Below the pieces are notes generated by a model. The model worked only from the letters and a program-made list of their open reading frames with translations. It had not been told where the DNA came from and did no database searches. Position numbers and translations under genes: made by a program. A DNA stretch of 64,000 bases, from contig JBGQLP010000009.1 of NCBI GenBank assembly GCA_041500125.1, positions 2,767-66,766 on the forward strand, read 5' to 3'. Below, in pieces: positions 38,951 through 48,042 of this stretch; the stretch's first letter is position 1, and each line of letters begins with the position of its first letter. The DNA comes from Gemmatimonadota bacterium (GTDB lineage Bacteria; Gemmatimonadota; Gemmatimonadetes; Gemmatimonadales; GWC2-71-9).

Positions 38951-39916
38951 TCAAATCTGTGCGCAAATGCTGAAGGAGCGCGGCACCACTGCTAAACGTT
39001 GCTGGGGAGCCTTGCGCAGCTGGACCCGGTTTCCCCCTTGGCGTTTTGCCAGATAGCAGGCTACGTCCGCGGCGCGCAAGACGTCGGCCGCTCCGGCGCT
39101 GTGGTCCGGGACTGGCACGATGCCAACGCTCGCTCCTACTCGGTAGGTCCTGGTCCCGCAGGTGAACCGATGACCGCTGATGGCTTTCCTGACGTGTTCC
39201 GCGATCCGGGCCGCCCTCGCCGGTGTACAACGCTCCAGCAGTATCCCAAACTCGTCTCCCCCCAGGCGAGCCACCGTATCGCGCGTGCGTATGCGCTGCC
39301 GAAGAATGCGGCTCAATTGCCGCAACAGCTCGTCCCCGGCGAGGTGGCCGCAGGCGTCATTGATCCGCTTGAAGCCGTCCATGTCCAGGAAGCCAAGCGC
39401 GTGCTCAGCCCCCTCTTCTGCCGCGCTGGCCAGCGCTCGGGCGAGGCGGCGTTCAAACTCGGCGCGATTGACGAGACCGGTGAGGGGGTCGTGAGTCGCC
39501 TCGTGAGTCAACCGCTGCGCCACCTGGCACTTGGTGGTCACATCCCGAGCAATGAGGATCGCCCCGGTTGGCCCCCGCCCGGCATCTCGCACCGGCGCCA
39601 CCGAAATGTCCAATACGCGACGATCGGCCTCGCCACCGTCCAGCAGCCTCGCCTGTAAGGGGCCGAGCGAGGTCTGGGTGCGAAGGCATACAGCGGCAAG
39701 GCTCTCCAGCGGGGTGCCGTCGGTCTCGCTCCCGAGCGGCAAGACGTTCCCCAAGGGGTGGCCTGCCACGGTCTCGCGATTCCGCCCGATCAGCTGTTCG
39801 GCGGCCCGGTTAAGAAACTGGACGTTGCCAGCCTCGTCGGACGTGAAAACGGCGTCAGGCAGTCCGTCGAACAACGCCGGCAACTCGTTGGTGTGGAGGA
39901 GATCGGGGTGCGCCAT
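38951..39916 (-). CDS. PAS-GGDEF diguanylate cyclase
   Basis: PAS (NRAAEQL), DPLTGLVNR, RxxD I-site, ARLGGDEF. Confidence 0.92.
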   Translation of the reverse strand: MAHPDLLHTNELPALFDGLPDAVFTSDEAGNVQFLNRAAEQLIGRNRETVAGHPLGNVLPLGSETDGTPLESLAAVCLRTQTSLGPLQARLLDGGEADRRVLDISVAPVRDAGRGPTGAILIARDVTTKCQVAQRLTHEATHDPLTGLVNRAEFERRLARALASAAEEGAEHALGFLDMDGFKRINDACGHLAGDELLRQLSRILRQRIRTRDTVARLGGDEFGILLERCTPARAARIAEHVRKAISGHRFTCGTRTYRVGASVGIVPVPDHSAGAADVLRAADVACYLAKRQGGNRVQLRKAPQQRLAVVPRSFSICAQI

Positions 39917-39966
39917 ATCGAAGTCCCACCCGGGTTGTTTGGATGCCTAAACTCGGGGTCCACTAA

Positions 39967-39993
39967 TGAGGCAATCATGAAAAGACTGTGAAA
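39967..39993 (-). promoter_or_regulatory. CTTCA-like array for GGDEF gene 1
   Basis: TGAGG/TGAAA/TGAAA at 39967/39978/39989; no clean -10 seen. Confidence 0.55.
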
Positions 39994-40176
39994 GACTGAT
40001 TAGATTAGGGACATCTTTCTTAAAACTTTCGACGCTCCCCCATATCCGGGCCTAGCAAGGCCTCGAATGCTGCTCTTCATTCAGAGCGCGGAAGCGGTGA
40101 TTTACCGACCTCCGGCCCAGGTGCTTGCGGGAACTGAGGTCAGCCTCGGAGCTCTTGCGTGCGTGGTGGTTCATGG

Positions 40177-40310
40177 GCTCTCGAGGCTCAACCGCCGAAC
40201 ATCAGATCAGCGGTGCCTAGAGAAGAAGAACAAGGAAGCGATTCTCTGATCCCGGTAACTCGTGCGTAGGCGGCCCGTAACTGAGGTGACTCAGCGCGGG
40301 TCGCCTTCTT
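40177..40310 (+). repeat. Direct repeat copy 2, overlapping the 3' tip of cls
   Basis: 93/94 nt identical to 33701-33794. Confidence 0.95.
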
Positions 40311-41853
40311 TTTGCTCCACCAGGGGTACCGGCTCGCCGGGGTGGGCCTGGGCTCGAGCCCGACGCTCCCGGCGAAGCTCATAGGCACGGGCGAGCAACG
40401 CGATCCCGACCCAACCGGTCAGCAGGGCGGTGGGAAGGGCAACGAGCAGGGGCCAGCGCACCGCAAGCGCCGCAGCGGCGAGGAGTACCACACCGAGCAT
40501 CGCTGCAATCCACCCTGTGGCCGGCGCCAGGATTCGCTGGTTACCAATCGCCGCCTTCACCGTGTGCCCGATCCGGAGCGCTCCCGCTGCGGCGCGCGAG
40601 GCACTGCCGGTGCTTCTCCCCGCTTTGGCTGTTCGCCGGCCCTGCTCGGCGATCGGCTCGGGTCCTTCCGCGGGAGTCCCGCGCTTGCGCCGTCCGGACT
40701 CCAGTACCAGCTCGGTAGCATGGCCGAGGTCGGCCAGGAACATCCGCTCCATCGTCTCGGCAAAGCGTTCATCCTCGACCACAACGTCCAGCTCGTAGTT
40801 GCCGATCCAGCTCGCGATGTTCAGGTTGCTCGAGCCCACCCGCGCCCAGCGGCCGTCGGCGACCGCGGTCTTGGCATGCATCATCGGGCCGTTCCACTCG
40901 TAGACTCGGACGCCGGCCTCGAGCAGAGGCCGGTACCCGAATCGAGAGAGCGGGCGGAGCCAGGGGAGGTCGCTCACACCCGGAACGAGGAGCCGAACGT
41001 CGACGCCGTCGAGGGCCGCTGCGCGGAGGGCCTGGACGTATGAAGGCATGCCCGCAAAGTAGGCATCTGCCAGCCAAAGGGTTTGCCGGGCGGCGGATGC
41101 GATCAACTGGTCCACCCGAAGCACTCCGGTTCTCCCAGGTGCGCTCGCCACGATCCGCAACGCCGTATCGCCAACGGCTGCGATTGCGCTCCGCTGGTGG
41201 AGCTCGCTCTCGGGAATCGGATCGCCGATAGTGGCCCAGACCTGGGCAAAGGCGCGCTCGATGTCCGCCACTGCGGGCCCGTGCACCTCCACGCCGGTGT
41301 CGCGCCAACCCTCGACTCCGCGCGCCGGATCACCCATCCACATCCGTCCGATGCAGAGTCCCGTGACAAACCCGATCCGACCGTCCACCGCGAGCATCTT
41401 GCGATGGTCTCGATTGACCCAGCCGAAAGGGCTTCCCAGCCGGGGCGGATTGAAGCAACGGACTTCTACACCGGCAGCGCTCAACCGTCGCCAGAAGCGG
41501 CGGGAGGTCTTACCCAAAGCACCCACCCAGTCATAGATGAGGCGGACTTGCACTCCAGCGCGGGCCCGCTCCGCCAGTGCGTCCGCGAACTCGGCGCCGC
41601 TTTCGTCCTCGTGGATGATGTAGCTCTCAAAGAAGATCGTTCGTTTGGCAGTCCGAATGGCCCCGAGCCACGCTGAGTAGTGATCGGCTCCGTCTTGGAG
41701 GACCCGGACTTGGTTGCCGCCAATCAGGGGTGCGCCGGCGGCCCGGGTAAGCGCCCGGTCTAGAAGGCCATCGCCGGGCGACGACTGTACGACGGCCAGG
41801 GCGGGGAGCCTCGTGCGGGCGTAGCTTCTCTGCGAGGAGCTGCTGGGGTGCAT
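40291..41853 (-). CDS. cls: Cardiolipin synthase (PLD family, ClsB-like)
   Basis: Two HKD motifs ([16 protein letters not shown]), GSSNLN; ATG 41853 after GAGGT. Confidence 0.9.
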   Translation of the reverse strand: MHPSSSSQRSYARTRLPALAVVQSSPGDGLLDRALTRAAGAPLIGGNQVRVLQDGADHYSAWLGAIRTAKRTIFFESYIIHEDESGAEFADALAERARAGVQVRLIYDWVGALGKTSRRFWRRLSAAGVEVRCFNPPRLGSPFGWVNRDHRKMLAVDGRIGFVTGLCIGRMWMGDPARGVEGWRDTGVEVHGPAVADIERAFAQVWATIGDPIPESELHQRSAIAAVGDTALRIVASAPGRTGVLRVDQLIASAARQTLWLADAYFAGMPSYVQALRAAALDGVDVRLLVPGVSDLPWLRPLSRFGYRPLLEAGVRVYEWNGPMMHAKTAVADGRWARVGSSNLNIASWIGNYELDVVVEDERFAETMERMFLADLGHATELVLESGRRKRGTPAEGPEPIAEQGRRTAKAGRSTGSASRAAAGALRIGHTVKAAIGNQRILAPATGWIAAMLGVVLLAAAALAVRWPLLVALPTALLTGWVGIALLARAYELRRERRARAQAHPGEPVPLVEQKEGDPR

Positions 41854-41887
41854 CCCGACCTCACTGGAGGGACCGAATGCCTTAGCA

Positions 41888-41932
41888 AGGCTAGACAAAC
41901 TCGGATGAGGAAATCGTGAAGCAGCGGTGAAG
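41888..41932 (-). promoter_or_regulatory. CTTCA-box array plus -10 for cls
   Basis: TGAGG/TGAAG/TGAAG at 41906/41917/41928; TAGCCT (minus) at 41893-41888. Confidence 0.75.
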
Positions 41933-41951
41933 TTCGGCTTCCCCAGCAGCC

Positions 41952-43001
41952 TCACCATGTTTCAGCTGGCTGGCGCACCGGGCACCCGGACCGAGAGATG
42001 TCGGCATGAGCACCTCCGGGTAAAGGGATCTTCTTGGAACTCTGCGCGGTACTGCGAAGCCGCCGACCCGGCGGTAGGGCCCTATGGTGGATGCCGATGA
42101 GTTGGACCCGGTTGCCTCCCCGGCGTTTCGCTTGGTAACAGGCGGCATCCGCCGCGCGCAGCAGCTGAGTCGGAGAGCGCTCGCGGTCCCGGACCGGCAC
42201 GATGCCGATGCTCGCACCGATGCTGTAGGTCCTTCCGTCGCAGGTGAACTGATGATCACTGATGACCTTTCGGATGTTGTCCGCTATACGAGCGGCCTTC
42301 GCTGGGCTGCAATGCTCGAGGAGTATCCCGAACTCGTCGCCCCCCAAACGGGCCACCGTATCGCGGGCACGCATCAATCCACGGACCAGGCTGCTCAGTT
42401 CCTGCAGCAGTTGGTCGCCTGCGAGGTGGCCGCAGGCGTCGTTGATTCGTTTAAAGCCATCCAGGTCGAGGAAGCCGAGGGCGTGTTTACCGCCTTGCTT
42501 CGTCGCATTCACGACGGCCTGGGTCAGGCGGCGGTCGAACTCGGTGCGGTTCATGAGACCCGTCAGGGCATCGTGCGTGGCCTGGTGTGATAACTGCCAC
42601 GCCACCTGTCGCGCACGGGTGACATCTCGAGCAATCAGGATCGTGCCCGTGGTCGCCCCTGCCGGATTCCGAATCGGCGCCACCGAGACGTCAACCACGC
42701 GGCCGGCGGTGCCAGGGCCGTCCAGCAGTTTCGCCTCGAACGGTCCGAGGGGCCCCTCCCCGCGGAGACACACCCCTACGGGATTCTCCAGGGGAATGCC
42801 GTCGACCTCGTTCCCCAGCGGCAAGACCTCCTCCACCGGGCGGCCCAGAACGGTCTCGCAGCGGTGGCCCGTGAGCCGTTCGGCAGCCCGGTTGAGAAAC
42901 CCGACATTTCCGGCACTGTCGGACGTGAGAACCGCGTCGGGCAGTGCCCCCAGCAACGCCCGGAGGTCCGCTGTGGAGACTGAAGCCTAGGAAGTTGCCA
43001 T
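41952..43001 (-). CDS. PAS-GGDEF diguanylate cyclase 2, with in-frame TAG at codon 5 (or a TTG start at 42956)
   Basis: Paralogue of 38951-39916; ARLGGDEF intact; SD+ATG at 43001 followed by TAG at 42989-42987. Confidence 0.85.
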
Positions 43002-43032
43002 ATGGTCACCTCTGGGATCCGGGGGGCTACCC

Positions 43033-43077
43033 AACCTGGCTGCTCAACCATGAGGCGATCATGAAACCACCGTGAGA
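43033..43077 (-). promoter_or_regulatory. CTTCA-like array for GGDEF gene 2
   Basis: TGAGG/TGAAA/TGAGA at 43051/43062/43073; CAGGTT (minus) at 43038-43033. Confidence 0.55.
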
Positions 43078-43121
43078 CGGCGGATATGAGAGTCATAGCC
43101 CAAGTGGCGGACCACAAGTCT

Positions 43122-44060
43122 TCAGACGTGGATAATGAGATCGCTCAAGGAACGACCCCGATGGAGGCGGGTGATGGCATCCGCGATGAGCGGCGCTACT
43201 GTGACCCGCTGGACCGCCAGGTCCGCCAGCGCGGTATCGCTGACTGTGTCGGTGACCAACAGGTGGGTGATCGGCAGGGTAGCCAGCCGCTCCACCACGG
43301 ACCCGACGAACAAGCCGTGGGTGGCCGCCACCATAACCTCGGGCAGGGCCCCGGCCTCGAGTAGGACAGCGATAGCCGCGGCCAGGGTGCCGCCCGTGCT
43401 TATCATGTCGTCCACGATCAGTGGCCGCAGCCCACGAACCTCGCCGGCCAGACCGTGCGTCTCCACGATGTCGCCGCCGACCCGGATCTTGTGAACCACG
43501 GCCGCCGGAATCTTCATGACCCTGGCCCAGTCATGAGCCAGCTTGATGGCACCGGCATCCGGGGCGACTACCACGCCGGGTTTCTGCGGGAGTGACGCAA
43601 CCGCAGCCGAGAGTGCCGGCAATGCCGTGAGGTGCTCGAGCGGCATCGGGAACATCGCCTCGAGCCCCGCCGAATGCAGATGGACCGCCACCACGCGGTC
43701 GATCTCCGCGCCCCGGAGCATCTCCGCAATCACGTGCGATCCTACCGCTTCGCGGCCGGTGGCACGGCGATCTTGCCGAGCGTAGCCGAAATAGGGCATC
43801 ACCGCAGTCACTCGCATCGCGCCGGCGCGCCGGCAGGCATCGGCCAGCAGCAGCAGTTGAAGCAGGTTGGCTTCGATGGGAGGGGTCGTCGGCTGAAGGA
43901 GGTACACGTCGCCATCCCGTACGCTTCCCCGCACGTCAACGTGCATTTCGCCGTCGGGAAAACGGGATAACTCGCAGTCGGCGAGGGAAACGCCGAGAGC
44001 TCGCGCTATTGCTCGACCAAGCGGTGGATTTCCAAGCCCCGCCAGCAGGATCAGCCGCAT
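43122..44060 (-). CDS. prs: Ribose-phosphate diphosphokinase (second copy)
   Basis: RFPDGE, PYFGYARQDR, VVAPDAG, IVDDMISTGGT. Confidence 0.92.
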   Translation of the reverse strand: MRLILLAGLGNPPLGRAIARALGVSLADCELSRFPDGEMHVDVRGSVRDGDVYLLQPTTPPIEANLLQLLLLADACRRAGAMRVTAVMPYFGYARQDRRATGREAVGSHVIAEMLRGAEIDRVVAVHLHSAGLEAMFPMPLEHLTALPALSAAVASLPQKPGVVVAPDAGAIKLAHDWARVMKIPAAVVHKIRVGGDIVETHGLAGEVRGLRPLIVDDMISTGGTLAAAIAVLLEAGALPEVMVAATHGLFVGSVVERLATLPITHLLVTDTVSDTALADLAVQRVTVAPLIADAITRLHRGRSLSDLIIHV

Positions 44061-44066
44061 GGCGCA

Positions 44067-44110
44067 AATCTACCGGCAAGGTATGAAGTCAGGTTGAAGA
44101 TCGCACGAAA
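44067..44110 (-). promoter_or_regulatory. CTTCA-box array plus -10, probable leaderless prs promoter
   Basis: TGAAG/TGAAG/CGAAA at 44084/44095/44106; TAGATT (minus) at 44072-44067; ATG 44060. Confidence 0.75.
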
Positions 44111-44128
44111 TCTGCATGACTCGAGCGC

Positions 44129-44173
44129 CTTAACCTTGGTTTAACGGAAAACCCATCCCTACAGCTGTACCCT
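44129..44173 (+). promoter_or_regulatory. Variant (CTTAA) array for DUF2267/PRTase
   Basis: CTTAA/TTTAA at 44129/44140; TACCCT at 44168. Confidence 0.5.
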
Positions 44174-44215
44174 ATTCATCGGGTTATTGCCAACAGACTC
44201 TTGCGGGAGGCACCC

Positions 44216-44541
44216 ATGACGTCCCTTGCCCACATCTGGGACAAAGCCATGTCCAAGAGCAACGCGTGGCTTTCGGACTTGAGTTACGAGCTTGGCTCGG
44301 AGAACGCCCACCTCACCCTGGTCGCCTTGCGGGCAGTTCTTCACGCCCTGCGGGACCGCCTACCGCCGGACGAAGCGGTGGACCTTGCCGCCCAGATGCC
44401 GCTCATCATCAAAGGCGTCTACTTCGACGGCTGGGATCCGAGTGCGACACCGGGGAAATCCGCGACGTGCGAGGCGCCCTGACGGCCGAGCTGGCGGCGC
44501 TGTGGCCGGCAACAATCGGTGTGCCCTTGCCCAGTGCATAA
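44216..44541 (+). pseudogene. DUF2267 protein with internal deletion and frameshift
   Basis: N-part LRAVLHALRDRLPPDEAVDLAAQMP..GWDP; C-part GEIRDVRGALTAELAALWP in another frame from ~44452. Confidence 0.75.
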
Positions 44542-44554
44542 AGGGAGAATTGCC

Positions 44555-45223
44555 ATGCCACGTTTTCTGGAGACCGAACCGCTGTTCCATGATCGGCTCG
44601 ACGCCGGCCAGCGGCTGGCCAAGCGCCTCGAGTCGTTCCGCGATGCATCGCCGGTCGTGTTTGCTATTCCCCGCGGGGGTGTTCCGGTTGGCGCAGAGGT
44701 CGCTCGCCAGCTCGACGCTGAGCTCGACGTGGTGGTGGCTCGGAAACTCGGGGCCCCCTTCCGGGCTGAGCTCGCCATTGGGGCGGTGGCGGCCGATGGC
44801 GAACGGTTCCTGAACCAGGACGTCATCAGCCAACTGCGGGTGGACGAGGCTTATATCGAGCAGATCACGAAGGAACAGGGGGAGGAAGCACGGCGGCGGG
44901 AGCAGCGGTTTCGGGGGGGCCGCCCACCGGTGGACATCAAGGGCAGAACCGCCCTGCTGGTGGACGATGGACTCGCGACTGGGGCTACGATGCAGGCGGC
45001 TGCCCGCTCTCTCCGTAAGCGCGAGCCTGGCCGGCTGGTCGTGGCGGTCCCGGTGGGCTCCCGGGAAGCGTGCTGGGCCCTCCTCAAGGATGCCGATGAG
45101 GTGGTATGCCTTGCCCAACCGGATCCTTTCTATGCCATTGGTCTGTATTACGAAGTCTTTGAGCAGGTTGAAGATGCAGAAGTCCTACGCCTGCTGAAGC
45201 AGCCCGCCCCGCTGGGAAGCTGA
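44555..45223 (+). CDS. Phosphoribosyltransferase (paralogue of 25613-26257)
   Basis: AIPRGGVPV, ARKLGAP, LLVDDGLATGATM. Confidence 0.9.
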   Translation: MPRFLETEPLFHDRLDAGQRLAKRLESFRDASPVVFAIPRGGVPVGAEVARQLDAELDVVVARKLGAPFRAELAIGAVAADGERFLNQDVISQLRVDEAYIEQITKEQGEEARRREQRFRGGRPPVDIKGRTALLVDDGLATGATMQAAARSLRKREPGRLVVAVPVGSREACWALLKDADEVVCLAQPDPFYAIGLYYEVFEQVEDAEVLRLLKQPAPLGS

Positions 45224-45278
45224 AGCTTGGGTGCGAGAGCGTCGGGAGCGATATGATCTCCGACGCCCTTCGCGCCAC

Positions 45279-45680
45279 CTACGGTACTCGGCGGTGGCCC
45301 CGGGGCCCATGATGAGTCGGATCTGGTGGATGATCGGCATTGGGTCCCAGCCGATGCTCGGCCGGGTCGCCTTTGCCACGCCCGCGTGACGGATCGTGCA
45401 CCGGCTCGGGGCGACCCGGTCTTCCAGCCTCGACTTCCAGTCGTGCCCGGCTCAGCCAGCGGCGCAGCTCCCCGGGCGCCATGGCAACCACCACCCGGTT
45501 TCCGGCGTGGCTTACTTCGACTTGAACCGGGATGCCGCCCGCCTCAGGGGACGCCGGGCGGTCCGGTGTGAGCCATTGCGCGAGCTCTTCGGAGCCGAGC
45601 TCCAAACCGTAGCGTTCACCACCAGGCAGCCTCAGCGTGACGTGCTGAACGTTATGCGAGAGTTTGTGTGACACCGACAC
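45279..45680 (-). CDS. Hypothetical protein
   Basis: Strong SD GGAGGAGG before GTG; the C-terminal part is low-complexity and may be frameshifted. Confidence 0.5.
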   Translation of the reverse strand: MSVSHKLSHNVQHVTLRLPGGERYGLELGSEELAQWLTPDRPASPEAGGIPVQVEVSHAGNRVVVAMAPGELRRWLSRARLEVEAGRPGRPEPVHDPSRGRGKGDPAEHRLGPNADHPPDPTHHGPRGHRRVP

Positions 45681-45713
45681 CTCCTCCAGGGTTCTCCACC
45701 ACTCCGGGATGAA

Positions 45714-45860
45714 GATGCGCTGCGGGTGACGCGACCGGCTGTTCCGACCGGTCTCGAGAGGCCGATCCCCGACTGCTGGAGCGGTCCCGACGGCATGTAC
45801 CGTTGCTTAGCGACACGGTATACTGAACCGCCGACCTGATGGCGCCAGCCGCAGCGCATC
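45714..45860 (-). ncRNA. Candidate ~147-nt structured RNA (sRNA or leader)
   Basis: Perfect 12-bp terminal stem (45860-45849 with 45725-45714) extended by 6 bp, plus internal hairpins; starts just after TAGAAT -10. Confidence 0.55.
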
Positions 45861-45864
45861 AACC

Positions 45865-45908
45865 ATTCTACACCACCCGCCTGAAGCGCCCGTGAAGACC
45901 GCGCGAAG
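45865..45908 (-). promoter_or_regulatory. CTTCA-box array plus near-consensus -10
   Basis: TGAAG/TGAAG/CGAAG at 45882/45893/45904; TAGAAT (minus) at 45870-45865. Confidence 0.8.
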
Positions 45909-45988
45909 GTTCCGCTCGCTTCGTATTCCGACGCTATCAAATCGTGACTTCCGCGGCGGTCCTATTCACTCAGGCTCCCCCGGTTCCT

Positions 45989-46231
45989 TCACTCCTTATT
46001 TGAATCCGCTTCTGGCTCGGTCAGCTCGGCCTCGTTCTGCAAACCCTGCCGAAAGACCAGGGCCCGGAGTGCGGTTTCATCCAGCCCGCGGAACAACTCG
46101 GCGACCTTTTGCAGCGCCTGGGCTCGCCCGTTCGTGGCGAAAGTTCGCTCAATCTGTTCGGCCAGCAAGCGGACCAAGTGCTCGCGGGATATGACGTCGG
46201 CCTGGGCGCTCTTGCTCACGTGGTGTTTCAT
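45989..46231 (-). CDS. Small hypothetical protein
   Basis: ATG 4 nt after the baeRF stop; amphipathic helical sequence. Confidence 0.6.
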   Translation of the reverse strand: MKHHVSKSAQADVISREHLVRLLAEQIERTFATNGRAQALQKVAELFRGLDETALRALVFRQGLQNEAELTEPEADSNKE

Positions 46232-46235
46232 GGGC

Positions 46236-47432
46236 TCACCGGAATCGGAGTGTGGCTGCAAGACCGTCCACCGCGTCGGCCTCCGCACAGTCAGGGACTA
46301 GGACCACTCGCACTCGCTGGCGCAACGCCTCCTCGATGGCCTCATCAACCAGGTCGCGAACCGGTTTGGGCTGCCCCTCGTTCCGGCAGTCGCCCTTGGC
46401 CAGTACCAACCGGCCGGTGGCAGAACAGCGAAACCCCTGACCCTCGAGATTGTCGCGAAGGAACAGAGTGCGGACCTGGCCTTGGTGAAGCGCCCTCAAC
46501 GTCTCCCGTGCCCCGTTCACCGCCCATCCGCTGCCCACTGCATCATCCAGCCCCCTGAGCTCGGACTCGATGATCTTCCGGCTGTGCTCTTCTGCCAGCG
46601 ACAGGCTAGTCGCCTGGAGCTCGGTCGTACTGATGGCAGTCGGATTGAGCTTGACGGAACCCAACATGCGGTCGGCGATCCCCTCGGGGAGGAAGCGCGT
46701 CAGCGCGGCCGTATGGTCGGTTGATCCGGCGAGAACAACGCCGCGAACCGGGCGCGCCCGAAGAATCTCCTGGGCTCGCTGCACCACATTAGCGTAGTGC
46801 CGGTGGTGTTCCTCCTCCAGCCGGCGGTGATAGTCATGCTCACCCCAGCCGGGGGCGCCACCACGGTCAGAGTGAAACCCTCCACCCCGCGTGCTGGGAG
46901 CCGTCAGACATGCCTGCTCGGTAAGGCCCGCGGCGGTCACTTCGAAGAAGCGAGCATGCGCCCGATCGAACACGATAGTGAGAATGGGCTGGGCTTCCTC
47001 AACTGACGCGACCAGTTCTCCGATCCACGGAGTATCATCCAGCATCAGCCGGGTTCGGTGGACTCGGGTAAGGGCGGCTGCCTCGAACAGGCCCAATTCC
47101 TCGCAAGCAAAGATGGCCAGCCCGGGAGTATGCGGCAGATCGCGCGGATGGCCCAGGTAGCCAAGAATCTGGTTGAGGTCTCTCTCAACGGCCAGGCGCT
47201 CGTCGCGGGCCAAAGCCAGCACCATAGGATCGGCCCGCAAGGCCTTCACCCGGTCCTTGAATTCCGTGATGAGGTAGCTGGCTCGGGTGCGGTCCCGGGG
47301 CTTTAGCCTGATATAGCAGGACAGGATGTGATGACTGCCGGCCGGAATTGCCGTCAGCCGCTGGATCAATCCCGGCACATCGGTGGACACGCTCAGCGTG
47401 GCCGGCGACCTTCCTAATATCTGCCCTGTCAT
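46236..47432 (-). CDS. Bacterial archaeo-eukaryotic release factor-like (baeRF / eRF1-pelota fold) protein
   Basis: GLAIFAC, DRAHARFF, VVLAG, AVNGARETLRALHQGQVRTL, DLVDEAIEEAL, C-terminal GLAATLRFR; ATG 47432. Confidence 0.85.
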   Translation of the reverse strand: MTGQILGRSPATLSVSTDVPGLIQRLTAIPAGSHHILSCYIRLKPRDRTRASYLITEFKDRVKALRADPMVLALARDERLAVERDLNQILGYLGHPRDLPHTPGLAIFACEELGLFEAAALTRVHRTRLMLDDTPWIGELVASVEEAQPILTIVFDRAHARFFEVTAAGLTEQACLTAPSTRGGGFHSDRGGAPGWGEHDYHRRLEEEHHRHYANVVQRAQEILRARPVRGVVLAGSTDHTAALTRFLPEGIADRMLGSVKLNPTAISTTELQATSLSLAEEHSRKIIESELRGLDDAVGSGWAVNGARETLRALHQGQVRTLFLRDNLEGQGFRCSATGRLVLAKGDCRNEGQPKPVRDLVDEAIEEALRQRVRVVLVPDCAEADAVDGLAATLRFR

Positions 47433-47469
47433 GTGTTGCTCCCTCATCTGGTAGATTGATGCCAGATGC

Positions 47470-47907
47470 CTACGCCAGAATGCGGGGCTTCTGCTGCTCG
47501 AGCAGCTGGCCGATCGAGCCCGCCTCCCCCACGACCACCCCCAGAACGTCATCCATACTGAGAAGCCCGACGACCCTATTTTCCTCGCCGGTCACGACCA
47601 AGCGGCGAGTCCCCTGCCGCGCCATGATTGCAACCGCGTCCTCGATGGGGGTGTGCTCGTCCACACAGTGAACCGGGCTCGTCATCACCGCGGCGATTAC
47701 CGTCTCGTCAGGATCCAGGCGTCCGGCAATGCAACGCACTGCGAGATCTCGGTCCGTGAGGATGCCTATCGCCTGCCTGGGATGATCGGTTCCCACGACA
47801 ACCAGGGTTCCAACGTCGTGCTCGGCCATGCGGGCCGCGGCTCTCCTGATACTCTCGCCGCCGGATGCCGTCGCGACGACCCGGCTGCAGATCCTGCCTA
47901 CTGACAT
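47470..47907 (-). CDS. CBS-pair protein
   Basis: VGTLVVV..GILTDRDL; RRLVV..VGLLSMDD. Confidence 0.92.
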   Translation of the reverse strand: MSVGRICSRVVATASGGESIRRAAARMAEHDVGTLVVVGTDHPRQAIGILTDRDLAVRCIAGRLDPDETVIAAVMTSPVHCVDEHTPIEDAVAIMARQGTRRLVVTGEENRVVGLLSMDDVLGVVVGEAGSIGQLLEQQKPRILA

Positions 47908-47970
47908 ATCAGCCTCCTGACTCGATTGAGAACAACGATGTGCCTGCCCTCACCAGCGGACCGGTAGCGT

Positions 47971-48015
47971 AATGTGCTGCCGCGCGAGTGAAGGAATCAT
48001 GAAGTCTGGGGGAAG
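47971..48015 (-). promoter_or_regulatory. CTTCA-box array for the CBS-baeRF operon
   Basis: TGAAG/TGAAG/GGAAG at 47989/48000/48011; CACATT (minus) at 47976-47971. Confidence 0.75.
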
Positions 48016-48042
48016 TTCTGGCTCGCAAGGAGTGAAAGCGAG

